64,000 nt of DNA from Oceanispirochaeta sp. (GTDB taxonomy: Bacteria > Spirochaetota > Spirochaetia > DSM-2461): contig CAXXXD010000002.1 of the NCBI GenBank assembly GCA_963663385.2, positions 1,664,001 to 1,728,000 of the forward strand, read 5' to 3'. Of this stretch, positions 20,382-30,257 are shown piece by piece. Position numbers and translations under genes: made by a program. The notes beneath the pieces are model-generated. The model did no database searches, was not told the origin of the DNA, and saw only the letters and a list, made by a program, of their open reading frames with translations. Numbering within the stretch: the stretch's first letter is position 1; the number at the start of each line of letters is the position of its first letter.

Positions 20382-21031
20382 AAAGGCTCTCCATAAATAT
20401 TCCTAAATTTATTTAATACTTGATCTTCTATACTACCGATATAGTCTTTATACGAAGTATTTTTGTATTCTGAAATCTTGTATTGTGAAATTTTTAATTC
20501 AGTTCCAGATAAATTTCCAAAGTATTTTTTTATTAATGCACATCTATTAGCGTACCATTGAAAACTTTTATGATCTTCAAAATCATCTTTCATTTTATTA
20601 ACTGCTATTTCAGTTATATAGTATTCCTTTTCAATTGTACGCATAGATGTGCTTTTTTTACTATGAAATTCAATAAACTCAATACCAACAAGAAAAGCTA
20701 TAATATCATCAATATCCTCATAAGCTCCAAAGAAAAATCGTTCCATTTCAAGCCTTCTAATTTGAGGTTCATTGTTCTTAAAAATTGATTGTACTTCTTC
20801 TTTTATTGTCTTTTTGTCTTCAATATTTTTTTCAGCAATTTCAAGTAATTCATAAGCCAAATAATCAGGATTTCGTAATAAAAAATCGATTTTCTGAATT
20901 TTCACTTCGCTCTTAAAAAGTTTCTTTCTTGAAGGAAATTGTGAATCAGAAAAGTTCTCTGAAAAAAAATATAAAATGAGAAAGATCCTCAACTTATCTT
21001 TATAATCTCTTATTATTTCATTTTCAGTCAA
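20378..21031 (-). CDS. Cassette gene: small winged-helix-like protein (ABC-3C middle component / Panacea-like pattern)
   Basis: KIQKIDFLLR...RFFFGAYE...YYIT pattern; AGGAG 7 nt before TTG at 21031 (the track ATG at 21070 lies inside the attC R' box); ATGA overlap with the ATPase. Confidence 0.55.
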   Translation of the reverse strand: MTENEIIRDYKDKLRIFLILYFFSENFSDSQFPSRKKLFKSEVKIQKIDFLLRNPDYLAYELLEIAEKNIEDKKTIKEEVQSIFKNNEPQIRRLEMERFFFGAYEDIDDIIAFLVGIEFIEFHSKKSTSMRTIEKEYYITEIAVNKMKDDFEDHKSFQWYANRCALIKKYFGNLSGTELKISQYKISEYKNTSYKDYIGSIEDQVLNKFRNIYGEPL

Positions 21032-21066
21032 ATTTATTCTCCTGTAATTATTGATACCTTTTGTAC

Positions 21067-21235
21067 ACATAACGCCAAAATATGCTGCGGAGCGGCCTGG
21101 CCGAAGGACAGGTACAGGCGCTTTTCTTGCAGACTTATTTTAAACAGTAATTTGTTTTTAAGAAAGAACTATTTATCAGCATACTGTATCTCTGCAAGAA
21201 ATGTGATCTGTAGCGACGACAGTATAATTTTCTTG
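21067..21235 (-). other. attC site 4 (175 bp when rejoined with 23225-23230), split by intron copy 4
   Basis: ACATAAC-gcc-AAAAT-ATGCTG-CG...TTTCTTGCAGA...TCTGCAAGAAA...CG[A]CAGTAT[A]ATTTT-ctt-G|TTATGT. Confidence 0.82.
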
Positions 21236-23224
21236 GTACGCCCGACATGGCTGTACGCTAATGAGGTGAAAGTCCTCTACAGGTGCCCACGTATAGTGAA
21301 CATGCTATACCAACTGTTAGCTGAAGGCAAGGGCATTTCCGCGAGGGAATGTCTGGAGGAAGCCGGAATGCAAAACCGGGAGCCCATGTACAAGAATGTG
21401 ATAGAAGGCTCAGTTCCAGAGGCGAGTCAGCCAATGATGACGATGCCCCGTGGGTATGGAATAGGGTAAATCACAGGGTTGTCCGGGGACAGTGTACAGT
21501 CTTATTCGGGGAGATCTGTCTGCGGGGCGGTAATGTGTTCTTTTAAACTGAGAATCCGGTAGGGAACCGGAAAACCAATCCCCGGCTTTTCAGAGGGTGA
21601 CACTCTGGAAATGAGCAAGATTATCTTGAGTACAAATAAGTCGTCACAGGTTTAAAAGCACGGTATAGCATCAACGGGAGCAATCTCGTTGATTAGCAGG
21701 CAGAAGTCAGCAGAAGGCATAGTAACCAACGCCCGGAGTAATGTCCGGTTCACGGTGAAGGCCTGAACATTTCACAAGGAGGAGCCTTATGGTTCTCAAA
21801 GGAACAATTTTAGCACTGGCCGAAATAACTTTTGGCGAATTATGGAGAAACCAGCCTTGAACGATTCTATGATGGATTTGATTTTATCATCTGAAAACAT
21901 GCGTAAGGCCTGGAAACAGGTCAAACGCAATGGCGGCAGTCCGGGAGTCAATGGCATGACTATTGAGAAATTTCCGGAATATCTACGCAGAAGATGGAGT
22001 AAAATCAAGCAAGCTTTGCTTTTGGGGTACTATGTACCCTCTCCGGTGCTCAGGGTGGAAATCCCCAAGAGATCCGGAGGTATGCGAATGCTGGGTATTC
22101 CCACTATTTTAGACAGGGTTATCCAACAGGCTATTTCACAGGTTTTGAATCCTCTATTCGATTCGGATTTTTCGGAAAGCAGTTTTGGATTCAGGCCGGG
22201 AAGATCGGCTCACGGAGCAGTACGACAGGTAAATACCTATGTTAAATCGGGATACAAGTATGCAGTTGATCTGGACTTGGAAAAGTTCTTTGATACGGTA
22301 AATCACGATATTCTGATGCATTGTGTGGCTAAGAAAGTCCGGGACAAATCAGTCCTGAAATTGATTGGCCGCTACCTGAGAGCCGGTATTATGGACAAGG
22401 AGGGGATTAAAATCCCTACTGAAATCGGGACTCCTCAAGGAGGCCCGTTATCACCTCTACTTTCCAATATCCTTCTTGATAATTTCGATAAGGAGTTGGA
22501 ACGGAGAAACCTGTGCTTTGCACGTTACGCAGATGATGCATTAATTGTATCAAAACGCCTGTGTGATGGAAAAGCTATATTGACTGAAATAAGTGATTAT
22601 CTCAGTCGCAGGTTAAAATTGGTTGTAAACCAGAAGAAAAGCAAGGTGTGTAAAATCTCCGAATGCAGTTTTCTGGGATTCACTTTCAAGGGTAAGAAAA
22701 TCCGATGGACTGAATCATCCTTTCGGGAGTTTCAATATCAGTTAAAGCATTTGACAAGACGGTCTTGGGGGGTATCAATGGAATATCGATTCCGGAAACT
22801 TAACGAGTATATCCGGGGGTGGATGAACTATTATGGTATTTCCCAATATTACAGACCTCTACAATCAATTGATGAATGGCTGAGAAGAAGAATCCGTATG
22901 TGCTACTGGAAACAGTGGCGTTACCCCAGAACAAAAGTCAGGAAACTGATGGAGCTGGGTATTCCGAAAGATTTTGCCATTATGACAGGAGCAAGTAGTA
23001 AGTCCTACTGGCATCTGTCAAAAGGCTATGCAACCAATGCCGCTATGTCCAATAAATGGTTGGAAGAGCAAGGATTGATCAATATTAAGGCCCTCTGGTG
23101 TAAAATCCAGGGCTACACATGATCAAATTATAGTTTCGTTTGCTCCATGGAGTGAACCGCCCTGTGCGGACCCGCATGCAGGGTGGTGTGGGGGCTGGAG
23201 GTTAAAAGCCTCCGGCTACCCGAT
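21236..23224 (+). mobile_element. Group IIC-attC intron copy 4 (1989 bp, intact)
   Basis: Same ends, length and RT translation as copy 2. Confidence 0.95.
21842..23122 (+). CDS. ltrA: Group II intron reverse transcriptase/maturase
   Basis: Translation identical to 11883-13163. Confidence 0.95.
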   Translation: MEKPALNDSMMDLILSSENMRKAWKQVKRNGGSPGVNGMTIEKFPEYLRRRWSKIKQALLLGYYVPSPVLRVEIPKRSGGMRMLGIPTILDRVIQQAISQVLNPLFDSDFSESSFGFRPGRSAHGAVRQVNTYVKSGYKYAVDLDLEKFFDTVNHDILMHCVAKKVRDKSVLKLIGRYLRAGIMDKEGIKIPTEIGTPQGGPLSPLLSNILLDNFDKELERRNLCFARYADDALIVSKRLCDGKAILTEISDYLSRRLKLVVNQKKSKVCKISECSFLGFTFKGKKIRWTESSFREFQYQLKHLTRRSWGVSMEYRFRKLNEYIRGWMNYYGISQYYRPLQSIDEWLRRRIRMCYWKQWRYPRTKVRKLMELGIPKDFAIMTGASSKSYWHLSKGYATNAAMSNKWLEEQGLINIKALWCKIQGYT

Positions 23225-23448
23225 TTATGTCTACAGCATTTTGTAAATCACCGATGCCATATCAGGCAAGAATATCTTAATAAACGTAGGTGAAGGCGAA
23301 TGCCCTTATTTCCACTTCTGCCAGCCGCAACCGGCGTCAAAGATTGATAATCAGTGTAGTGTGAGCATCAATCAACCCGTATCAAAACCCTAAAACCTAC
23401 TAAATCATCTGGCAATTATGAAAGAACCAGAAGTACAAAATGTGTTCG

Positions 23449-23480
23449 ATATAACTTATTATCTCTTGAACAAGGTATTC
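23449..23480 (-). other. Probable attI site (core G/TTATAT, crossover 23455/23454)
   Basis: Best GTTAT core between the last attC and intI; the following bases GTTATATCGAACACA resemble the start of the PIN cassette (GTTATATCGACACA). Confidence 0.6.
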
Positions 23481-23728
23481 CTCAATTTCCTGAAAAACCT
23501 TGCATTCATATCTATATAGCATATAAATGGTCAGCAAATTACTGATTTATAGCAAGAGATAAGTAAAAAACGCTTCATTTTACACCGGATTTCAACATCA
23601 TTAAAGAGAATATTCTACTAACTTTAGTTAGCATTTCAGCATTGAGGAGCAAAATACCCTGCTTTTGAAGCAGTATTACCCTTATACCCGTAAAAATACC
23701 TTGAAAGACATAATAGGAGAAGATTCAT

Positions 23729-24955
23729 ATGACATATAAAGATTATCTAAGAGAAAAGGCGGGAATCTCTGAAAAATATATTCCATATTATGAACACTGG
23801 ATTACATTGTATCATAAATATATTAAGGAAAACCCGGAGAACTGTCGTTTAACAGCCTTTGAAAAATCATTACTTTCGCAATATAAGGACTGGCAAATCG
23901 ATCAGGCCGTAGAATCAGTAAAGCATTATCAGTTCTATTCAGGCATTAAAAAACAAGAGTCATCAGCAAATTGTCCGGATTCAGATTCTGAATGGAACCG
24001 GTTAATAGAAACAATGAAACAAATGCTGCGACTGAAACACCGTTCCTATCAGACGGAAAAAAGTTATTTAAAATGGATTCAATCATTTCATATATATATA
24101 AAGGGGAAAAATACAGCTCAACTGGATTCTAGGGATATGAAAAACTTTCTTACTTATCTGGCCGTGGAGAAAAAAGTTTCCCTGTCTACCCAAAATCAGG
24201 CATTCAATTCTCTGCTGTTTCTGTACCGTTCTGTGTTGGAGATTCCCGTAGAGGACCTGGGAAATACAATCAGGTCAAAGCTCCCATCCCGGCTGCCTGT
24301 CGTATTAAACAAGGATGAAATCAGAAGCATTTTATCCCTCATGCCGCCGGGTTATCGCCTAATGGCATCCATAATCTATGGCGGTGGATTGAGACTGGAT
24401 GAATGCCTTTCTCTGCGTATAAAAGATCTGGATCTGGATGTACCCTCCGTTACGGTCAGGGAAGGAAAGGGAAAAAAGGATCGAATAACGCTCCTTCCAA
24501 CTGCTCTGGTTCCTCTATTAAAAGATCATATCCTGTCTGTAAAAATAATATATGAATCAGGCGTAAAAAAGGATCTGCCCGGCGTGTCAATTCCGGAATC
24601 CCTGAACAGAAAATACCCCAATGCTTTCAAAGAGTGGGGGTGGTTCTGGTTATTCCCTTCAAAAAACATAACGGTAAACCCTTATACCGGCCAGTTAAAC
24701 CGCTTTCATCTGCATCCTTCAGGATTGCAGAGGGCCTTTAAAGAAGCTGTCAGACAGACCGGGATTACAAAGAGGGCATCCGTACACACCCTGCGTCACA
24801 GCTTTGCCACCCATCTGCTGGAGGCAGGGTACGACATCAGAACCATACAGGAACTTATGGGACACAGCTCCCTGCAGACAACCATGATCTATACCCACGT
24901 GGCCGGTAAAAACCGGCTCGGCGTTATCAGTCCGGGGGAATCTCTTTTTACGTAA
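23729..24955 (+). CDS. intI: Integron integrase (tyrosine recombinase)
   Basis: STQNQAFNSLLFLY, GLRLDE, IntI-specific insert (IPESLNRKYPNAFKEWGWFWLFPS), HTLRHSFATHLLEAGYDIRTIQELMGH, IYTHV. Confidence 0.96.
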   Translation: MTYKDYLREKAGISEKYIPYYEHWITLYHKYIKENPENCRLTAFEKSLLSQYKDWQIDQAVESVKHYQFYSGIKKQESSANCPDSDSEWNRLIETMKQMLRLKHRSYQTEKSYLKWIQSFHIYIKGKNTAQLDSRDMKNFLTYLAVEKKVSLSTQNQAFNSLLFLYRSVLEIPVEDLGNTIRSKLPSRLPVVLNKDEIRSILSLMPPGYRLMASIIYGGGLRLDECLSLRIKDLDLDVPSVTVREGKGKKDRITLLPTALVPLLKDHILSVKIIYESGVKKDLPGVSIPESLNRKYPNAFKEWGWFWLFPSKNITVNPYTGQLNRFHLHPSGLQRAFKEAVRQTGITKRASVHTLRHSFATHLLEAGYDIRTIQELMGHSSLQTTMIYTHVAGKNRLGVISPGESLFT

Positions 24956-25679
24956 GGGAATCCGTATTGTAGATAACGGGAGTCTGTCCCTTCCATTCAC
25001 TCCAGACCTCACCGTTATCAATCAGTTCCGCCATAAAGTGGGCCACATTTATCCGGCTGGTTTTGCCGGGATTGAATATGACGCTCCGTACAGGGGAGGG
25101 GTACAGTTTATAGGGCGTTACGGCCTTGTTATCGATCAGGCTGTCCGGACGGACCGCCGCCCACTCGATAGAGCTGTGATTGCTTCCGATTTTCAGACGA
25201 AGGTGATCGGCCGCCTCTTCGCTGTCCGAATAGGGTGGCACCAGCGCGCGGATCAGTCCGGTTACGATTGTCTCTCCTGTGGAGATCTTCTCACTCAGAC
25301 CGGGATTCCTGTACCCGGAGGTACTCATAAAAACAAATTTTACCGGTTTTTCCTTACTGTTTTCTTCCAGGGCCCCGCACAGCAGGCGAACAGTATCCCT
25401 TACAAGTTTTCTGGGCTTCCCGAAAACCCCCTTGAAGGTAATATTGTGGCCCAGGCAGGACGCAACCGCATCACATCCTTTAAGGTGGCTCCGCATTTCC
25501 TCCTGTGATATATCCAGTACGGATGCCTTGATGATTTCCAGGTTCCGGTTACCCGGAACCGCTTCCGGGAAGCTGTCCGTATGGCGTACAACGGCCCTTA
25601 CCCGGTGACCGCGATTCAGCAGCTCCTCCGTAAGAAGCCGGCCGGTTGCTCCAGTCGCTCCAACAATTAAAACAGTCAT
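24948..25679 (-). CDS. NAD(P)H-binding oxidoreductase (atypical SDR)
   Basis: GATGATG Rossmann motif, VRP, SRINVAHFM. Confidence 0.88.
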   Translation of the reverse strand: MTVLIVGATGATGRLLTEELLNRGHRVRAVVRHTDSFPEAVPGNRNLEIIKASVLDISQEEMRSHLKGCDAVASCLGHNITFKGVFGKPRKLVRDTVRLLCGALEENSKEKPVKFVFMSTSGYRNPGLSEKISTGETIVTGLIRALVPPYSDSEEAADHLRLKIGSNHSSIEWAAVRPDSLIDNKAVTPYKLYPSPVRSVIFNPGKTSRINVAHFMAELIDNGEVWSEWKGQTPVIYNTDSLT

Positions 25680-25775
25680 GGAAACCTCCTGATTTTAAAT
25701 AATAGTATAGCTGTAAAGAATAAGCACTAATAACTTTTCACAAAAAGAAAACAGTATCAGCGAGGTCAGGTTATA

Positions 25776-25805
25776 CCCCTCCCAAGGAGGGGAAAGGGGA
25801 GATCC
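25776..25805. repeat. Dispersed palindromic repeat (CCCCTCC-n-GGAGGGG family)
   Basis: CCCCTCCCAAGGAGGGGAAAGGGGGATCC; near-copy at 28222. Confidence 0.55.
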
Positions 25806-25996
25806 AGAGGGCGGATAACAGAGGCGGCCGCCGAAGCCCGAAAGAGCCCGGCCCGGAGGGATTTGCCATAAAAAATATATATGCTAGTAAAACAGTAATG
25901 AATATATTAACTTATTTATAGGGGAACAGGGAAGCGGGCATTATTTATACTGCTCTGCCCTTTTGTCAGGACCTTCTGTTTTCCCGGGGAGAGAGA

Positions 25997-27991
25997 ATGC
26001 CGAAAGCCAATAGACTGATTAATGAATCCAGCCCCTATCTGCAGCAGCATGCGCACAACCCTGTTGACTGGTACCCCTGGGGGGAGGATGCCTTCCTGAA
26101 AGCCCGGAAAGAGGATAAACCTGTTATTATCAGCGTCGGATACTCGTCCTGTCACTGGTGTCATGTTATGGAAGAGGAGTCGTTTGAAGATATAGATGCG
26201 GCAAGACTGATGAACGAGAGCTTTGTCTGTATTAAGGTAGACCGGGAGGAAAGACCCGATATTGATACCAGCTACATGAATGCCCTGCAGCTGATAACAG
26301 GGCAGGGGGGCTGGCCTATGAATATGTTTGCTCTGCCCGATGGGAGACCTTTTTACGGGGGGACCTATTTTCCTAAAAGTAACTGGATCCGCATATTGAA
26401 GGCTGTTTCTGAGCAGTATTCCTCCAACAGGGAGAACATCCTGAACGCTGCAGAAAGTATCGATACCGGAGTGGACCGCTATAGACTGAGTGTCCTGGAA
26501 CCGGCAGATGTCAAAGATTACGGGATTAAGGATCTTAAAAAAGCCGTATCAAAGGTTATGCCCCAGCTGGACAGACGGAAAGGGGGTATCAGCGGAGTTC
26601 CGAAATTCCCTATGCCTGTGTTCAACCGGTTTCTGCTGGCCTGGTCTTATCTGCAGAATGATGAGGATATTCTGAATTATGCCCTTATGACCCTGGACAG
26701 CATGGCTGCCGGAGGGATATATGACCAGATAGGGGGCGGATTTGCCAGATACTCTACAGACGGGGACTGGAGAGTCCCTCATTTTGAAAAGATGCTCTAC
26801 GACAACGCCCAGCTGGTCTCTCTCTTTTCGGATGCCTATAAAGTATCGGGGAAGGAGCGTTATAAAGATGTCGTAATACATACGCTGGAATTTATAAAAC
26901 GGGAGATGGCCTCTCCCGAGGGAGTTTTTTATTCTGCTCTTGATGCCGACAGCGAGGGCCGGGAAGGTCTGTATTATATCTGGAAGGAAGAGGAGCTGAA
27001 GCTTCTTCTGAAAGAGGACTATGATTTAGCCGCGGATGTTTTCCGGATCGGGAAGGAAGGGCTCTGGGAGGACGGGTACAATATTCTTCTCATGCCGGAA
27101 CCGGAGCGTTTAAGTTCTTCACAGAAGGCGCGTCTGGAAAACATCAGGCGGATTCTGATGGCAAATCGAATTAAAAGGACTCCCCCGGGGCTGGACGATA
27201 AATCTCTAACATCCTGGAACGGCATGATGATTAAAGCCTATGCGGACGCCTATAAAGCTTTTGCGGATCCCTCCTGGCTGAAGAGCGCTGTTACCGCGGC
27301 CGATTTTATACTGGATCATTTTATACGTTCCGACGGGGGCCTGTTTCACGCCTATAAGGACGGTAAGGCCTATATAGGCGGTTTCCTGGAGGATTATGCC
27401 CACCTGGCAGACGGGCTTATCTCCCTGTATGAAGCAGGAGGCAATCCGGAGTATCTGAACAAAGCCGCCGGGCTGATGGAAATAGCCATTGAGGATTTTT
27501 ACAGTGAGGATCACAGGATTCTCTACTCAACCGTAGAAGGGGATAGTCTCCTGAACCGCGATATGGAGATTATTGATACAACCTGGCCTTCGGCCAACGG
27601 GGTCAGCGCACACAACCTGTTCAGGCTGGCCAGGCTTACGGGTTCTTCTCTATATGCGCAGATGGCGGAGGATATAACGGACAGAATGAGCCGCCGGGTA
27701 CTGGATAATCCCCTCTATTTATCTCACTGGGCGGAACTGATGCTGTATATAAAGGGCGATTTTTTTGAGCTTGTTACGGCAGGTCCCGATGCGGAAGAGA
27801 TTCACCGGCAGCTGACTAGGGAGTATCTGCCCCATACGGTGCTGGCTTTCAGCACTGTTCCCCGGGAATCGGACATGCTGTTCCGGGGGCGTTGCAGGAA
27901 TGACAGAACACAGATTTTTGTGTGCCGGGATAACAGCTGCGGACTCCCCTTTGAAAAGCCCGAAGAAGCCCTGAAACAGATATTCCCCTAA
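25997..27991 (+). CDS. Thioredoxin-domain protein, YyaL/DUF255 family
   Basis: [49 protein letters not shown]. Confidence 0.93.
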   Translation: MPKANRLINESSPYLQQHAHNPVDWYPWGEDAFLKARKEDKPVIISVGYSSCHWCHVMEEESFEDIDAARLMNESFVCIKVDREERPDIDTSYMNALQLITGQGGWPMNMFALPDGRPFYGGTYFPKSNWIRILKAVSEQYSSNRENILNAAESIDTGVDRYRLSVLEPADVKDYGIKDLKKAVSKVMPQLDRRKGGISGVPKFPMPVFNRFLLAWSYLQNDEDILNYALMTLDSMAAGGIYDQIGGGFARYSTDGDWRVPHFEKMLYDNAQLVSLFSDAYKVSGKERYKDVVIHTLEFIKREMASPEGVFYSALDADSEGREGLYYIWKEEELKLLLKEDYDLAADVFRIGKEGLWEDGYNILLMPEPERLSSSQKARLENIRRILMANRIKRTPPGLDDKSLTSWNGMMIKAYADAYKAFADPSWLKSAVTAADFILDHFIRSDGGLFHAYKDGKAYIGGFLEDYAHLADGLISLYEAGGNPEYLNKAAGLMEIAIEDFYSEDHRILYSTVEGDSLLNRDMEIIDTTWPSANGVSAHNLFRLARLTGSSLYAQMAEDITDRMSRRVLDNPLYLSHWAELMLYIKGDFFELVTAGPDAEEIHRQLTREYLPHTVLAFSTVPRESDMLFRGRCRNDRTQIFVCRDNSCGLPFEKPEEALKQIFP

Positions 27992-28221
27992 TCCGGCAAA
28001 AACCAGGACAGTTTAACCCTCCGAATCCCCTGGTCACAACCAACGGTTGCTGCTCTGGTAGTACACTTCGTTTACTGCTCGAGTATGTATCCGACTCCGG
28101 TATGCAGCCGGCCTCTCAGTCTCCCGGTCCCGTTTAATCTCACCGGAGAGGAGACGTCAATTTGGTTTCCCGCCTTTGGAGGGATTAAGAGAGGTCCGGG
28201 AGATGCGATTGGAAGGTTGCA

Positions 28222-28377
28222 CCCCTCCTGAGGAGGGGAAAGGGGAGGTCCAAAAAAATCCCCCGCCCGGGATCCCCGAGCGTAGTCGAGGTGGGCGGAG
28301 GGATAAAGGCTGCCCCCTGTCGCAAAAAACAGGACAATTCTCCCCTCTCCCTCTGGGAGAGGGGCTGGGGGAGAGGG
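28222..28377. repeat. Cluster of palindromic repeats downstream of pfp
   Basis: CCCCTCCTGAGGAGGGGAAAGGGG and CCCCTCTCCCTCTGGGAGAGGGGCTGGGGGAGAGGG. Confidence 0.6.
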
Positions 28378-28381
28378 AGGC

Positions 28382-30040
28382 TTAAGCCTTCTCGTATTTC
28401 AGAGTTTCAGTGGGCTGGTTGCACACTTCGTCCGGACCGTAGTACTGAATCGCACCGGGAAAGGTGAAGGCTGTTTCAACGGCCCATTTGTCTCTGTTTT
28501 CCGCCAGGACTTTGAAAGGAGCGCCGTCCAGTTCAACCAGGGCTTTTTTGATAACCGGTTTTTTGGATCCGTGTCTCTGCTCCATATTCATCATCATGGT
28601 AAGAGGACATCCTCCGGGTACCCACTGATCGGCGGGTTTCTGCAGGTCAGCAACATTGGAGATGTAACCGGTCAGACCGTGAGACATCAGGATGAACGCG
28701 GAGTAACCCAGGGAGTAGCAGTAGTCAGAGTCGAAGTTGGAGGGGAAAGCACAACGGCCTTCGTATCCGAAGAAGTGAGCCAGTGCGTTGAATTTCCCGC
28801 TGAAATTACCTTCAACCTTCATCTGGTTCAGTTTTTCTCCCACCATCTCGATCAGGAGTTTTTCGGTTTCGATTCTGGAAACCTGTACGTTTCCATGGGG
28901 GTCTCTGTCCATAAGGAGCTGCATCTGAATGGCTCTGGGGAGAGAAGAGAAGACATAGGAAGCATCCTTGTCCAGCTTCTGGTTCAGCCATTCCTGCTGA
29001 TCTTCGAAAGTTTTAAGGGTTCCGAAGTAATCCGCATGATGGGCCATCAGGTCGTTCAGCTGGGCGATCAGGGCTCCCACTTCGGGGATAAACTCGATCA
29101 GACCTTCGGGGATAAGGGCAACACCGAAGTTGCATCCCTTTTCCGCTCTTTTAACAACCACATCGATAACCTGGTCTACAACCTGTGCCAGGGTCATCTT
29201 TTGGGCTTCCACTTCCTCTGAAATAATACAGAGGTTGGGCTGGGTCTGAAGGGCGCATTCCAGAGCGATATGAGAAGCGCTCCGTCCCATCAGTTTAATA
29301 AAGTGCCAGTATTTTTTGGCGGAGTTTGAGTCTTTTTCGATGTTTCCGATCAGCTCGGAGTAGGTTTTGGTTGCCGTGTCGAAACCGAAGGAGGTTTCGA
29401 TATACTCGTTTTTCAGGTCGCCGTCGATGGTTTTGGGACAGCCCACAACGGTAATGCCGGCCTCTTTCTGGGCAAAGTACTCGGCCAGAACCGCACCGTT
29501 GGTATTGGAGTCGTCTCCGCCGATGATAACAACGCCTGTAATGTCATGTTTGCGGCAGGTTGCCAGAGACATTTCAAACTGTTCTTCCGTTTCCAGTTTG
29601 TCACGGCCGGATCCGATAATATCGAATCCTCCGGTGTTCCTGTAGGCGTCCATCAGGGCATCGTCAATTTCAACAAGCTTGCCGTTCATGATACCGGCGG
29701 GGCCGCCGAGGAATCCGTAGAGTTTGGATTCGGGGTTGGAGTTTTTCAGTCCGTCGTACAGACCGGCGATGACATTGTGTCCGCCGGGAGCCTGTCCGCC
29801 CGAAAGGATAACGCCCAGGTTGACCTTCTTGCCGGCATTGGCGTTGGCGCCTTTTACAAAGCGGGCGATGGGGTTGCCGTAGGTTTTGGCAAACAGAGCT
29901 TTTACGTCAGCCTGATCGGCTACGGATTCTGTGGGTTCTCCCAGTTCGCAGGTGATATTCCTGATATCGCCCTGGAGTACCGCCGGCAGTTTGGGCTGGT
30001 AGGCGTATCGGGCTTTCTGCAGAGGTGATAATTCACTCAT
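28382..30040 (-). CDS. pfp: Pyrophosphate-dependent phosphofructokinase
   Basis: [32 protein letters not shown]. Confidence 0.95.
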   Translation of the reverse strand: MSELSPLQKARYAYQPKLPAVLQGDIRNITCELGEPTESVADQADVKALFAKTYGNPIARFVKGANANAGKKVNLGVILSGGQAPGGHNVIAGLYDGLKNSNPESKLYGFLGGPAGIMNGKLVEIDDALMDAYRNTGGFDIIGSGRDKLETEEQFEMSLATCRKHDITGVVIIGGDDSNTNGAVLAEYFAQKEAGITVVGCPKTIDGDLKNEYIETSFGFDTATKTYSELIGNIEKDSNSAKKYWHFIKLMGRSASHIALECALQTQPNLCIISEEVEAQKMTLAQVVDQVIDVVVKRAEKGCNFGVALIPEGLIEFIPEVGALIAQLNDLMAHHADYFGTLKTFEDQQEWLNQKLDKDASYVFSSLPRAIQMQLLMDRDPHGNVQVSRIETEKLLIEMVGEKLNQMKVEGNFSGKFNALAHFFGYEGRCAFPSNFDSDYCYSLGYSAFILMSHGLTGYISNVADLQKPADQWVPGGCPLTMMMNMEQRHGSKKPVIKKALVELDGAPFKVLAENRDKWAVETAFTFPGAIQYYGPDEVCNQPTETLKYEKA

Positions 30041-30257
30041 GGTATAAAACTCCTCGTGGTTTTCATCCCTAGCGGGACGCTGATTAATAGATTTTCAGGG
30101 GTATTTCAAACAGATCAATCCGTATCGGTCTGCACCCCGGTATTACTGATATTATCTATGTTTATAAAGAGAAAGGGGCATAAGGTCAAGGGAAGGAGGG
30201 GGATAAGAAAGCCGGGAAATCCTATTGTCGGACAATTGGACTTCCCGGCGGGGTTTG

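Noticed and set aside
21032..21070. ATG at 21070 as start of the 230-aa ORF
   Set aside because: It lies inside the attC R' box with no SD; TTG 21031 has AGGAG at good spacing.
23480..23728. Pc/PintI promoters and LexA box
   Set aside because: AT-rich with several weak hexamer matches; none is convincing enough to call.
27992..28220. Possible structured ncRNA between the YyaL-like gene and pfp
   Set aside because: Some short stems, but no tRNA, riboswitch or other family I can recognise; needs an Infernal/Rfam search.
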